64,000 nt of DNA from NCBI RefSeq assembly GCF_009914755.1, contig NC_060937.1; one strand, 5' to 3'. Source of the stretch: the human T2T-CHM13v2.0 reference genome, Homo sapiens. Below are positions 25,978 to 39,157 of this stretch, in pieces (positions within the stretch are counted from its first letter, which is position 1; the number at the start of each line of letters is the position of its first letter). The position numbers and the translations under genes are program-made. The notes beneath the pieces are model-generated. The model was given only the letters and a program-made list of their open reading frames with translations, was not told the DNA's origin and did no database searches.

Positions 25978-27329
25978 CCATGACAGTTGGCGAGTAAAAT
26001 CTATTTTCAATTCTATTTGGAATTCAGCTGAACTGTCGGGTATACTTTGGTCTGATGTACACAGGCACACTGAGATGGGAAATTTGAAGCTGTAATGGGA
26101 TACATGGGTTTTTGAGCTGAAAACTTTTTAGGCAGCAGTGGTTTACTGGCATAGTCTTTAAAAACACCAATGGAAAGAAAATGAAAACGTGTTCTAAGGT
26201 GTGTAATTACCAAGAATGTACCACATATATTTGAACAATCACTGCTTATAGGCTCAGGTGCCATTATGTTGAAGACTTTAACAGCCTGCAGTTTAGACTT
26301 TTATTTTCATACTTTAATTGCATGGTTTTTTGCAGCTGTAAGACACTTTGAATTGCATGTTTTTCCTATTTGGGAATGCACTAAGGATGGGTAACTTAAG
26401 TACAAATAGCTTTAGATTCCTCTGGCAACAGGATCTTGCCTTACCTTCTTTAAATTCTTGAGCATGAATAGAAATCAAAGATCCAGACATGTTGACTAGA
26501 AGAGAAGCTTGCTCAGGAAGGAGGCCAAATTGACTAGAGTCTTCTCACTATTTACTCTAGTACTAGATTAATAGGCAACATGGCAGCTAAATATCAAGCA
26601 AGATTCTCCAAGTTCCACAGATGCTGAAAGAATTTATTTTGAATCACTGGAAGCTTGAAACACATGAGTACAGGACTTTAAATGAAGGCTATGTGGGGAA
26701 ATACACCTAGGTAGAGAAAAGCTTTGATTTTGCCTATGATCAATAATCTTTCAGTTTCCTAGTAACAAAATACAGTGTCTCTTTTCTGTATCTTTTGGCT
26801 CATGAAAAAATGTTTGCTTGTGAGAGGATGACATTTTATAGGAATGTTAATAAATTAACATTGCACAAATATTGGACTACTGTCAGAGCCATTGCTGTCA
26901 AGAGTTACAGTTTCTAGAAGATTGTAAGATCATTGCTTGTAAGTTCACTCTTCCAGTAGAAAATAAAGGACTAGAAAATATTTATACATATTTGCTATAA
27001 CATAAATTACTCAAGTGTGTATTACTGTGGGACTCTTACAAAGAAAAGAATCTGGAGAAATTGGGCCTAGAGCGCTATAATGAAGAAAGTTAGCCTTTTC
27101 TTGTTTTTTAGTTGGATTTAGAAAATCTTAAACAGGGAGTAGTTTTTTAGTTGTTGTGTTTTAGTGATGGATGAAAATGTAAGGTTTTTTGAAAGTAAGT
27201 TAAACATATATATCAGAAAAAATGAGAAGTTATACATGATTAATAAAATGAGGTTAGAAGATATCTAATAAACCAGAGGAAAAAGTGTGGTTAGATACCC
27301 GTATGCATTATTACTGTCATTAGTGAGCG

Positions 27330-27885
27330 AATTAGTCAGTGGATTGGCTGGAAATCAAACTTGAATTAACTTAGGCAAATATTTTTGGGGGAAGTGTTGG
27401 CTAGCAGAATTAAAAACGCGTAGCAGAGTCTCAGTCTCCAGTGACAATAGGGTCATGAGCACCCTGAGGATTCAATCTCTGGCTCTCATTTGGCTTCTTT
27501 CTGCATGATGGCTTTTCTCAGATTTAGCCTCTTCTGTGGTGAACAGAAACAGAAATGCCTGACATTTCCCAATGTTATCACCAGATAGAATGGAACTCCT
27601 AATTTTTGTTTCTAAATTCAAAAGTCACAGAGAAGGGTTGATTGGCTGGGACTGAATTGAGTGCATATTCCTGAACCAACCAATTCTTACCTGGGAATGG
27701 GTTCTTTTATAAGACCAGACTGGCCAATAGCCTGTCCCTAGATTAGGCCCTGTGGCTGGGGATGAGAAAATTTAAGAAAGAAGACAACTCCCAATCCAAA
27801 CTCATGGTTAAAGATGGGGAAAATTATATGGCTGAGAAGAAGTGAGTGCTGTTTAGAGCAGATGAAATAGTAGGCATTTACTACT
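27330..27885 (-). mobile_element. Old MLT1 (K/L-like) LTR
   Basis: ctctcatttggcttctttctgcatgatggctt...gattggctgggactga...cctgaaccaaccaa...gcagatgaaatagtaggcatttactac. Confidence 0.55.
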
Positions 27886-28006
27886 TTCACTTCGCATATG
27901 TTGAGAACTTTCTCTGAGACTAGCAGACTTAATTTTGATACAGAATTTATTCCCCCTTCAGTGCAAAACTCTTTCTTATGGAAGATGATTATTTGCTGAT
28001 AATATA

Positions 28007-28305
28007 TTTTATTTTTATTTTTTCTTTGAGACAGAGTCTCTGTCGCTCAGGCTGGAGTGCAGTGACGTGATCTTAGTTCACCAAAACCTCCCCTTCCTGG
28101 GTTCAAGTGATTCTCATGCCTCAGCCTCCCCAGTAACTGGGACTACAGGTGCGTGCCACTACACCTGGCTAATTTTTGTGTTTTTTGTAGAGATGGGGTT
28201 TTGCCATATTACCCAGGCTGGTCTCGAACTGCTGACCTCAAGTGATCCGCCTGTCTTGGCCTCCCAAAGTGCTGGGATTACAGGTGTGAGCCACTGCATC
28301 TGGCC
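28007..28305 (-). mobile_element. AluS (Sx/Sz-like)
   Basis: Antisense full Alu, ctgacctcaagtgatccgcc...ccactgcatctggcc. Confidence 0.92.
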
Positions 28306-29055
28306 AGTAATATTTTTTAAAAAATAAGAAACCTAAACTTTGGAAAGAATTGAGAAAAGACAATAATATAGTCTCAAAACTTAAGCAAAAAAAAAAAAAA
28401 ACTAAGGAATATTAACTTATTATAAATAAAACATAAAATAGTGAAATAATGAAAAATCTAAATTCCCTCCTCTTACAACACTTATATGATTGAGGCTTCA
28501 CTTATCTGTGTGGGCCTTTGGGATATTAAGCGACTCGTTATAGGTATAAGATGAACTGATGTTTACAGGTGGTTTGGAGCTTGTAGCTGTTACCTGGCTG
28601 TTCAGTACTGATCCACAGAGTACTATTTCAAGGAAGACGACCAGGAGTGAATAGTAATGACTATTTTGGAGTTAGAAAAGATGGCTTTTAAAAATGTTTC
28701 AGAATGGCATTATATATAACTTAGCTATGGAAGAAAAAATTGAAGTTGATTGTTTAATAAAATATATTTGATAAAACAGAACATGTCCATAATTGTGTTA
28801 ATCAATCAATGCATAATGATGTCCCTTCTTAATAGAGATTAAAAGCTTTGTTTAAGTGTGGACTAAACCAAAAATTTAAAAGGCATTTTGACAGAAGTCT
28901 TGTTTTTTGCCCAAAGTAAGCACTTCTTTAATTAGGTTCTTATTTGTTTCACTAGATGTATGGATTAAATTCTTTACAGTTAGAATATTGCATGCTCATA
29001 AATCTGAAACATAATGTTGATGTTTCAATGATATTTACAGGTCTTGAATGCAGGA

Positions 29056-29523
29056 TGTGAAGCAGGTTCACTGTGTACTACTTACCAACTTGTTTGAGTC
29101 CATTGAGAGCAAAAGTGCTTACACACAACACATTACAGGAAGCGGGTTTTATTACTTACAGGTAGGTAGCAAAGGACAGTAGAAGCCTCGATTCCACTGG
29201 CAACAGGTCCCCAAAAGCCCATAAATCTGTCCAGGAGTCTTGAAGCCTCAACTTTGTGTGCCCCACTTGTACCACAGACAAGGGACTCTGAAGGGCAGCC
29301 TGCTCTGGGTTACATACCTGGGGGTCACAGGACTCACTGAGCTAAAGTGTTAAAGAACATCCTGTTCTAGGGGTTATCAGGGCAGAACCCAGGCTGTTCC
29401 AGCCAGCTCCTGCTATCTCAGGGTGCTGTGTTCCCAGCACGTGCTACAGTTATTCTGGAGAACTATGAGAGAGAAATAGGCAGAGAACTGAGTTGGCCCA
29501 AAGCCATTCAGAGAACTACTGCA
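29056..29523 (-). mobile_element. LTR47-like ERV solo LTR
   Basis: Reverse strand reads tgcag...gttctc...ccagaataactgtagcacgtgctgggaacacagcaccctgagata...cacagtgaacctgcttcaca, matching recalled LTR47. Confidence 0.72.
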
Positions 29524-29599
29524 GAGAGGGCTTATATAAATCAACTGGTCAGGGAGAAATTGCAGAATTCTTGTAAGGAAAATATATTTTCATTTTTGA

Positions 29600-29790
29600 T
29601 CTACATTTACTTATTCAATAAATATTTATCAGACACCTGCAGTGTGTGAGGCTCTTGGTTAATGCTGTAAACAGAAAGATTCCCTGACATTAAGGAGCTA
29701 TTTTAGTGACACACATACTTACATGACCATAGTATAGAAGGCTAAATGCTGTAATCCAGGTTACAGAATCTGCTGTGGGAATGCAAAAAA
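29600..29790 (-). mobile_element. L2 3' fragment
   Basis: tattcaataaatatttatcagacacctgcagtgtgtgaggc...ccctgacattaaggagct. Confidence 0.6.
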
Positions 29791-29911
29791 AGGAGAGCAA
29801 ACTGATAACTGCTGACTTTTTTGTATGTGTTATTCAAAAGGTGAGTATTCAAAAAGAGATTTGCTAATGTCACGTTAATGAGATAGTACATACCTCTGAG
29901 TCAAGATAGTT

Positions 29912-29937
29912 AAAAAAAAAAAAAAAAAAAAAAAAAA
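29912..29937. repeat. Poly(A)26 run
   Basis: Direct read. Confidence 0.97.
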
Positions 29938-32649
29938 GGAAACTTTGAATGGTAGTCCAAACTGTGATTCCATGTACCTTCAGCAATATAATCAAGTAGA
30001 CATCTCATTGAGTGCTGAGAACAGAATAGAACTTAGAAGCTTAGGTGAATTTTAAAATGTTACATTCCTTAAAGCTTCTTAATTTTCCCCCTTTGTTCTT
30101 GGATTGTCACTCTATGAACAAGACTTAAGTAGATATTTAATAATTGCAGTGTAACTATAAAGTATTTCTATCATAGGGACTCCATTGAAAATGTCAGTGG
30201 ATACAGAGCTTTCTTCTGGTTTTAGATTTAAATAAATGATTTCAACTAACCATCTGTAGAAGAGGCCAAGCTATGATGAAGACATTCCTTATATTATGTG
30301 GACAATGGTGAAGACATTTCAAGTAACTTTCAAAATTACTTATTTGGAAAAGATTTTCTTTCTAATTAAGTGAATAGGTGGAAAGGAAAATGACTTTAGC
30401 CAGAACTATTTGATGTCATTGACAAGCAAGCATACATCTGAACATTATATTTTCAATTTTTTCTTCTTTATTAATCTTTTGTTTAGGAGAAGAGAACTGC
30501 CTGTGAATAGGCATTTATAGTTATATATGCACTATGATAATATGGAAAAAATACAAGCTGATGAAATAAGACATTTTCAAGCCTCTAATAAATTTCTTAG
30601 ACAATGAGAAAAAGGAAATTCTTAGAAAAGGGTGCCTTGAGATCTAGAACCATTCTTATGTGCAATGCCAGTTCAGAGTCACACAGAACTGCATATTCAT
30701 TCATGACATTCCAATTTTAAGCACAGATAATTATAGTGATAATGCAGACCATGATGTGTTTCCGGTGCTTTGTTTAAAAAAATCTTTCCATGTAATGTGT
30801 CTTAGTAGTTGAATTTATAATAATGTGCATTGCAGTTGATATAATCAGAAAAATGTCAATGACCCTAAAATAAAATGAGGAAAACAAGAATTAATAAGCA
30901 AACAATAAAGCCAGCTGGTGGTTGATGAGGTAGGATTGTATGTACTGTATATTGCATATCGTGCTACATTATGTGATATATAAGAGAACAGTGCATCGTG
31001 GGTTGTCAATCAAAATGAGACAATTCCTGGGATCTGATTCATCTTTGAGCTGTTCCCACAACAGAAATGAAGCGCAAAACATCAGGGCTCTGTTCTAGAT
31101 AGTAGATAGGAAATAATAATAGTTCATTTTCAGAGTTAGTGAACATAAAACTATAGAACTGGAATGGAGAGAGAGAAATGAAGCAGTCATGATAGTGTCA
31201 GGAGGCAGAGAAAGCTGGCTGGTGGGGCACCCTAGGTAGTCCAGGGAAAAGATGGCAGAGTCCACAGGGCAAATCCCCAGGGCGAGCGCTGGGTGGATTA
31301 GGGAAGTCTGCAGTAGGCTGGCTGTAGGGGGCGTGGCAGTACTTGGGATACTACTCTGCCTTTCCTGTTCCAGGTGTGCACTCTGGCTCTCTCTACTTCC
31401 TGGGAATGGCTACTCTCTTATAAGCCTGAAGAAGAGAGCTAAACTTCAAAACCTAGAAGATACCTACCTCCCCAGCTCCTAGGGGGATCTTTGCAATAGG
31501 CAAGATGCTTCAGTTTTATTCTTTGACCTTCAAATATAACCGCAAAATAAATTTTCTGAAATATGTGAATAAATTCAACAATGAAACCAAATCCTTTTAT
31601 TTAGTAATAATTCAGATTTTCATTTCAGATCTCAGTGACTTATCACAAAAGCATGATCTCAGTCATTATTCAGTGGTTATTATGGTGTCCCCTTTTATGT
31701 CTAGGTCAGATTGAATAAATGGCTCTTCATGTTGTTTTCTTGTTTATGTTTCAGACGGGCCATCTTTTTTGATACCCAATGACTCATTTTAATCCACTAT
31801 CTTAAGATAGATTTAAATGTTCATACGCTGTGTGATTATGATCTATTTGTTATGCTGATGATTTTTATACAATATACACTTACTGCCTCTAACATGCAAA
31901 AGGCGGCTGGATTCTAATCCAATTTTCTCTTGTATCTGTGAGGAAAGCCTGCTTTTGGATACGTTCTGGCTGATGTTTTACCACTGCAACCCTGATCAAA
32001 GTGCAGTGTAATTTTTATTTCAATCCAATCTTTTGTGACTAAGGCAAGATTTGAGAGGGAGCAGGTCTGTCCTCATTAGTAGGAACACTCACATGAACTT
32101 TCCTCCTTGGTACGGGTGTAGATTTTGCCGATCAAAAATGGAAAGAGAACTCTGGACTGGCTACCAATTTTCTGTTTTTGGAGATTTTGCGTTTTGTACT
32201 ATTAATAAGTTGAGCTATGAGGTAATAAATATGTTTAATTTTAAATGTGTGGAAACGGAAATATCCACAGCAAAAAAAAAAAAAAAATTGAAAATGTGAT
32301 TTAATTGATTTTTTTCCTTCTGAGGCAAAGACAGCCCAATTATATAGTCAGATTTGGTTAAGAAATTATTACCTGTACAACTTCCAGGAAAATTCAATGA
32401 CCCCCTCATGATGGAAGGTGGCTTAAACGCCCTCCATTCAGTTTGTTGTTGAGTACAACTGGGCAAATTCAAAATGAGGGATTATTTTGATTATAATTAA
32501 AAAAATTAACAAAATTGTTAACACTTTTTTACAAGATTGAATGCTGAGAAGCATTATCCTAGAGAAAATGATTTTTAATCTGGTTGAAGAAGGATAGAAC
32601 TACTCCTTCCTGAAAATTCTGCTGAGGTCAAACTCCATTCATCTGTGTT

Positions 32650-33330
32650 TCCCATGAGTCAAGCACCTGGTCGAGTGAAGGGAATAAAAACAATGAATAT
32701 TTTATGTTTTTCTCAAGAGGCTAACGGTTTTATCAGAGAAATGGAACTAGCAATAGAAATGTATACAGCAAATGGAAGCAGGCAGAAGGAGCGCTAAGGT
32801 CCCAGGTGTGATAGGATGAGGGCACCCTTAGCCTCCTCTGAAGGATGATTCCAAGATGGGTGGAGGGACCTCTGGAGGAGGAATCCTGAGGGGCATCTGA
32901 AAGCTGGGGAGCACGTTAAGACCTAGAGGAAGAAAGCGTGATGGGAAAGGCACAGGACCAAGAGCCACGGCCCGTGGGAGCGGGAGGACTCTGCTTTTGA
33001 AATCACGAGTGCGGAAGTAGCAGATAAGGCTAGACTGAAGCGTGTGTCAGCCGGTGAAGGTCCCTGTGTACCATCTGCGAGCAACTGATGAACTCCAAGG
33101 AGGAGCGTGACATGATTAGATTTGTATTTTGGAAAAAAAGTATTGCTGGTGTTTTTAGAAAAGCCGAGCTTCAAAGGGGGAAAAAAAGTGGAGTTAGGGT
33201 CCAAGTGAAGAAGGCTTGGATTTCAGTAGCGTAATGAAGGAAGAGGTCATGACATGTTTTATTTAAAAAAAAAAAACTGTGTGGTAACAACAAGTCCTGC
33301 CATTGAGTAGAGGCTGGGTAGGGGAAATGA
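32650..33330 (-). mobile_element. L2 fragment (unusually CpG-rich)
   Basis: ggagcgtgacatgattagatttgtattttggaaaaa...tgctggtg...gggtccaagtgaaga pattern typical of antisense L2. Confidence 0.6.
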
Positions 33331-34089
33331 ATAATAATTAATGATCGTATTAACAACGATAGCTGAGAATAATTTGCTTTTTTTTAAGCTCCAGAATAAA
33401 CGGGATGAAGTGGAGAATACATGTGTTTCTTTATTCATTCATTTACTTATTTATCTGTTCATTTGTTTTGTCATTTCGAGCTTATGATCTAGTGAGGGAG
33501 ACTGATAAGTGGTTTAGTTATTACAACACATTTAAAATTACAAAACATTTATACCAAGATTCTGTAAGATCACAGAGAAGTAGCCCTTACAGAACAGATG
33601 CTTTAAAAGGTTCTACATGAGATCTTGTTTAATAAGTAAACATGTTCCTATATCATTACAGCAATTGGCATTTGGTTAATAAAATATGCCATATAGATAG
33701 CTGTAATTATTTAAAGGGACAAGAATTAAAGGCTGATAACAATTGAAATAAATGTAAGAAATGTTCATCTAGAGGTGACCTATAATGCTAAAGTTTTAAA
33801 CTGACTCACTTTTTCTGGACTCAAACAAACACCTGCCCGTGCACATGCCTAAGATTTATCTTTGTCACCTACGTCCCATCAGACACTTGAGGAGTTTCAT
33901 CAATGTCAGCCAAGAACCATTTGTAACATTGAATGAATACAACTTTGAAGCTATATCTCATGTAATTCCATTTTTGCCAAGCTGGAAATGTGCACAGTGT
34001 AGATGGTAGAGCTCTATTATGGGATGCACAGGGTGACTGCAAACAGGGCAGCAAAGAAATTCTCTGAGGATATCCCAGAAGCGAATTGC

Positions 34090-34300
34090 CTGCAATGCAG
34101 CAGAGCCCTTGGCTGTTGCAAAACAAAAGAAGCAAACAGATCAACCTTAGGTACAGCAAGCAGAGATGGGGCAATAAATAGGTTGCTATGAATTGAAGAA
34201 ATAGAAAGAAAAGTATAGTCACGACTGGGCTGACTGTGTGTAGGCTTCAGGATAAAATATATCCTGACCATGGCTATGTTAAAATCTTAATATAGTTGCA
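34090..34300 (+). mobile_element. CR1/L3-like fragment
   Basis: cagcagagcccttggctgttgcaaaa...gcaaacagatcaaccttaggtacagcaagcagag resembles the CR1 RT 3' region. Confidence 0.35.
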
Positions 34301-34699
34301 TCTGTTTAAATCACTGTTTTGAAATGGTGCTCACATTCTGTTTGTAGGGTGTAAAGGAGTTTTAAAAGTTAAGACAGTTTGCAATAAAGCAAGATTCAAA
34401 CTGCTGTAGTTTCTTAGGGGCATTTGGGGTCCTCAGCCACTTTTCAAAAGTGTACTGTAGAATTCTACAGTACTATGTATATGATAAAAATTGGCCCTGG
34501 ACAGAGAAAGAGAGAAAGAAAACACTTTATTTCTCCTCTGAAATTTTTGGGATAACTCTGATTGGAATAAACCTGAAAATTAAATGAATAAAGCAAGACA
34601 AAATTTGCTGGCAGAAGCTGTTTGTTTGCGGTGGCTCTGTGGCAGCCTGAAATGAGTTCTCACAGAGGCCCTCTGCTTCTGGTGTTCCTTCTAGCTTTG

Positions 34700-34870
34700 T
34701 CACCACCAGCTCTGGGACTCTGGTGATTTATCAGCATCTCTAGGCTTCAGTTCTTTCATCTGTAAAATGGGGATGGGAAACTACCATCTTATTGGCGCAG
34801 TAAGGTTTAAATGAATTATTACATGCCTGGCACATCATAAACATGACATAAGTGTTTGTTACTCTTACTA
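34700..34870 (+). mobile_element. MIR
   Basis: ctctaggcttcagttctttcatctgtaaaatggggatg...gcctggcacatcataaac. Confidence 0.75.
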
Positions 34871-36419
34871 TATATACAGTAAAAGCAGTTAGCAAATTTA
34901 ACTGTTCCATCCAGCTTTACAGCTTAGCAGTGTTCTGTATGGCAGAATTTTTGTCTGTGCTATTTCCAAATAACAGAAAATTCCATAGTGTGCCAGAATG
35001 AGCTGATATTTTTGGATAAGTGATCCAGATAAGACTGAAATTGTATAAATAAGTAAATAAGTAGTCAGTGATGAGTTTGCGGTTGAGAGCATGAGCTTCC
35101 AGGAAGTTAGGAAGGGGCCTTATTTGCCACCTTGTTCCTTATGAATCTCTGCTATGTATAAGTGGTGGAAGAAAATGAATTATGCTTACCATGTGCATTT
35201 CAGGGTAAAATAAATGCATTTTAGTTTTAGGAAATACATAATAATGTAAAGACTTTTAATACAAAGCTCATATGTTTTTTTTCAACAACTGAAAATTCCT
35301 TGGCAGAGATGCAAGTGTGCCATTATATTGTGAGTTTTATCTTCTGGTACAAAAACTATGAGTTTTTACATAGATACAATCAGAACATTTTCATAAAGGA
35401 AAAGAAAAACAAAAAGTGCATTAAGCTAGCCATTAATACAGTGTTCGTGTCTACTCATTTTTTTTCTTCTAAAACAAATAATCCATTTTAGAGCCTGTGG
35501 CTATCCGACCAAAGGGGTTCATTATCCCATGATTACTATGGGAATTTGAACAGCTCCATAAATCCAGGTACTGAAATGTGTCATATCATGAAAGTGATTT
35601 CAGGAGTAAGAGATTGTTTTCTGCGTATTGTGTCTGGCTTGTATTTGTAGAACAGGCATTTACAATGGTCATTTAGGAACGTATATCTTCATTGGTGATA
35701 TCCATTAAGAAAAACGAAAAGGATTTCTTTTATCACCTAATCACCCAATCACCCCACTGATAAACAGAGATGTTGTCTGAAATAAGTTATTAGAATGATG
35801 TTTTATATTTTGTTACTTTATTTCTCTGCTCTTTTATGATTTTCAGTAGAGAGGACTAAGTTGGGACAAGCAAGCAAAACATGAAATTTGGAACGTGCCT
35901 CTAGTCTTCACTTAAAAATGAGTCTGGATTTAATGGAAAAATTTTATTAGGTATTTTTAAGATATGTTTTAGATTTCCCATTATTTTGATAAATTGCAGT
36001 TCCAGCTTTTATAATAATCAGGTTCTGATTTCTCAGTATTGTTAAGAGGATAACTATGTAGAGAGCAGAAGTCTGCATTTTTTAAGAGATTTTACAAGAC
36101 AAAGGGAACTTTTTTTTTTTGCTTGTTTGTTTATTACAAGGAAATGTTTCATCCAGCTTTAGATTTCAGATTCTAAATGAGGTGGCAATTTCCCATTATT
36201 CTTGTGATCTAATCTGCAATGAGGCTGTCATTGACTATTATAATAGTCTCTATCCATGTTGAAATAAAAATCCCTAGTGTCTCTACCTTTTAGACATTAA
36301 CAAAGACACATCCTTTTTATTTGTAGCAATTATCACAGTTGTTACATGATATTATAATTTTTATGTTATATAAAATTATATTTTTATATTGTTACAAATA
36401 TGCGTTTAATTATAAATAC

Positions 36420-36496
36420 TCATTTTGCTCATTACAATGAAAAATCAATGAGTGGAGAGCTGTGTCCCATTTTGCTAACCATTATTAACCCAACAC

Positions 36497-36538
<42 letters not shown>

Positions 36539-36600
36539 TAGACAGAAACATTTCTTGAAATAATGACTGACTGACTAACTAAATGAATGAAATGCATTGT
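36420..36600 (+). repeat. L2 3' remnant containing a (CA)n microsatellite (about 36500-36532)
   Basis: gagagctgtgtcccattttgctaacc...(CA)n...aaatgaatgaa. Confidence 0.7.
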
Positions 36601-38169
36601 GCCGAAAAATTGAGGGGGATTTTTCTACAAACCAAAAAAAAAATCATTGGGAATCATGTACAACACTCTCTTTTATAAAAAGTTTCCTATGTCGGGTAGT
36701 AAAGTGACCTAAAGGAATAAACCTCATTCCTAGAAGTAGCATATGCATATAAAAAAATCCATTTCAAACGATTGTAAGTAAGAGTAGTGCATTTTTAAGA
36801 AAAAAGGGCTAAAATTCAGCAAGAGTTTTTTTTTTTTCTAATGGACACACACAATTCCTTAAAGTGTTGATGTCCCATGCTTAGCATAACTTCTTAGCCT
36901 GATATCATACCACCTTAAAAGCCATCATCTTTCTGAATGGCTTTTAAGTTACCACCTCACCAATCTTCTCTGTTCCTCGGCTCCTGTAATAACAGGGTTA
37001 TGGAAATTAGTGTTTTATGCTTCCAAGTGTGCAAAGATATTGAACATGCCATGATGGTGAGGAAGCATATGTTTAAGGTAGCTGTTACAAGTTCAAGATG
37101 TTAGCAAATGATTATGGTTGCAATAACATTGCTTTTCTGTACTGTGTCTCATGACATTTAACTAACTGCCTTCTTTCTTTTGACTGTTTCAGTGCTCCTG
37201 GAAATTATTCTAGAGGACTGCGTATTTAGAGACCAAAACTGGATTTCTTTAAAATAATTTAGTCTATGACAACGTCACTGGACTCAGATTTCCTTTTACT
37301 GTATTTCTCAAGGAAACATTATCATTTTGTGATTCAAATTGTTTGTCTAGGATTTGCCTTTATTATTCCTTTATTTTTTTTTTAATCTAGAGATATATTA
37401 CATATGAATTTTGAAACTGTTTACATTTTGTTCTCTTAAAGTTTTTACTTTAAAAAATCTCAACCAAGAATAGGGTTTACAAAAGTGAGAGACCAGTTTG
37501 CAACACATAGCTAGAAATACAGGAAACAGAGTGAGCACGCTGTAGTGAAATCTCAAATCCTCAGGGAATGAAGCTGGCAATTTTGTCTTCGGAATGACTC
37601 TTCCTATGGGGCTTAATCCTATCAGCAAAGGTGTCTTACAGATGAAAGCCCTACAGGAAGAAAGAGCAAAACCACTTTGCAGTGATATTTGTCTGAACTT
37701 CCCTGTAAGTATTAAGGATTTTGAGAGTTTCCCCATAGTGAATGCCTTGGGTAGCTGAGGGAGGAGGCTGAATTCCCCATTCCTCCGTGTTGCCTTTTAT
37801 AACCATAGTAATGCTCTCTAGTCTCATATGGCATTGAGTGCTGAGGCATAGTCACTATTACTGTGTTATGGCACTAGGTCCCATAACAATCCATGAACAT
37901 TCCAGTATGCATTGATAGGGGTGGAGAGTATGAGTGAACCCCTTAGTTCACTCAGCATCTAGTAAGCATTTACTGTGTTCAGTTACCCACCACAAAGAAG
38001 TATAAAGCTGGCTGTTGTCCTCAGGTATTTTATAGACACTAGTATCCACTTTTGCATGAATGATACCAGGCATTGGTATTGTAATGTTTATGCTAAACCC
38101 CTATTTCAGCCTTAACTTACATTTCTAAGTAAAAAACCTGAAATTACTTATAACAGCAACAAAACTATA

Positions 38170-38400
38170 ACTAAAATGGGAATAACAGTAAAAATAAATA
38201 GTGTTTAGCACTTACCAATAAATATTTAGCAACCATGTAAGTGTTTTTTTAATATCAGGTAGTTTCATATTATTCCATTTTATAGCTCAGGAAACTCAAC
38301 CCTAGAGAAATTATATAACTCACCTAGAGAGACACAGGTAGTGCACAGCAGAGCTGAAATGTTAGTCTTTGTCAGGTGGGCTCAGGGCCAGAATGATTGG
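38170..38400 (-). mobile_element. MIR
   Basis: tattattccattttatagctcaggaaactcaacctagaga...cagagctgaaat. Confidence 0.7.
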
Positions 38401-38425
38401 TCTGGCTGTGTGATCTTGGGGAAAT

Positions 38426-38533
38426 TGATTGATTGGTTGATTTATGAGACCGAGTCTAGCTCTGCTGCACAGGCTGGAGTGCGGTCGCATAATCTTGGCT
38501 CACTGTGACCTCCGCCTCCCAGGCTCAAGCGAT
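38426..38533 (-). mobile_element. Truncated Alu (3' about 90 bp) with (GATT)n tail
   Basis: gagaccgagtctagctctgctgcacaggctggagtgcggt...cctcccaggctcaagcgat, then an abrupt end. Confidence 0.85.
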
Positions 38534-38967
38534 GATATGAATAAATTATTTTTTGATATTTAGGAGACTTTCTCGGTGTTTTTTTCTTGTCTGTAAGGAG
38601 AAATACAGGAGGAAGCATTATGGAAAAGGAACGCTGCTAAATAGCTTAATGATGACCAAAGATCAATCAAAAAGAGAATGAAAGTCAGGAGGCTTAGCTC
38701 TGATTTTCTGTTTGAAATCTGGGCTGAAATTGATTTTGAAAGTTGTGTGTACATTGGAATCGTCCAGTGGTTAGATGCTATAGGTAACTGCTAACTTGTA
38801 ATTTGAGTGTCACTTGGATATCTTTCAGCCTACTCACTAATCTCTCCCCTGTTGTTTCCACTGGGGGTAATTGCATTATTATAGATTTATTTCTTTAGCT
38901 TAAGAGATTGTCCAAAAAAAAGGAAGGTTAATAACTTGGTTAGAGGGGGTTGTTAGAGGAGGGAGTC

Positions 38968-39123
38968 ATATATTTTATATATATGTAAAGTATATTATAT
39001 ATTCATATGCATATCTGGGTATATATTTGGATATATGTGTGCATGTATGTGTGTGTGCATATTTGTGTATATATGTGTACACACATATATGTATGTGTAT
39101 ATATATATGTATATAGGTATATA

Positions 39124-39156
<33 letters not shown>

Positions 39157-39157
39157 C
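38968..39157. repeat. Degenerate (TA)/(TG)/(TATG)n low-complexity tract
   Basis: Direct read; source of ORFs at 39003-39283. Confidence 0.93.
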
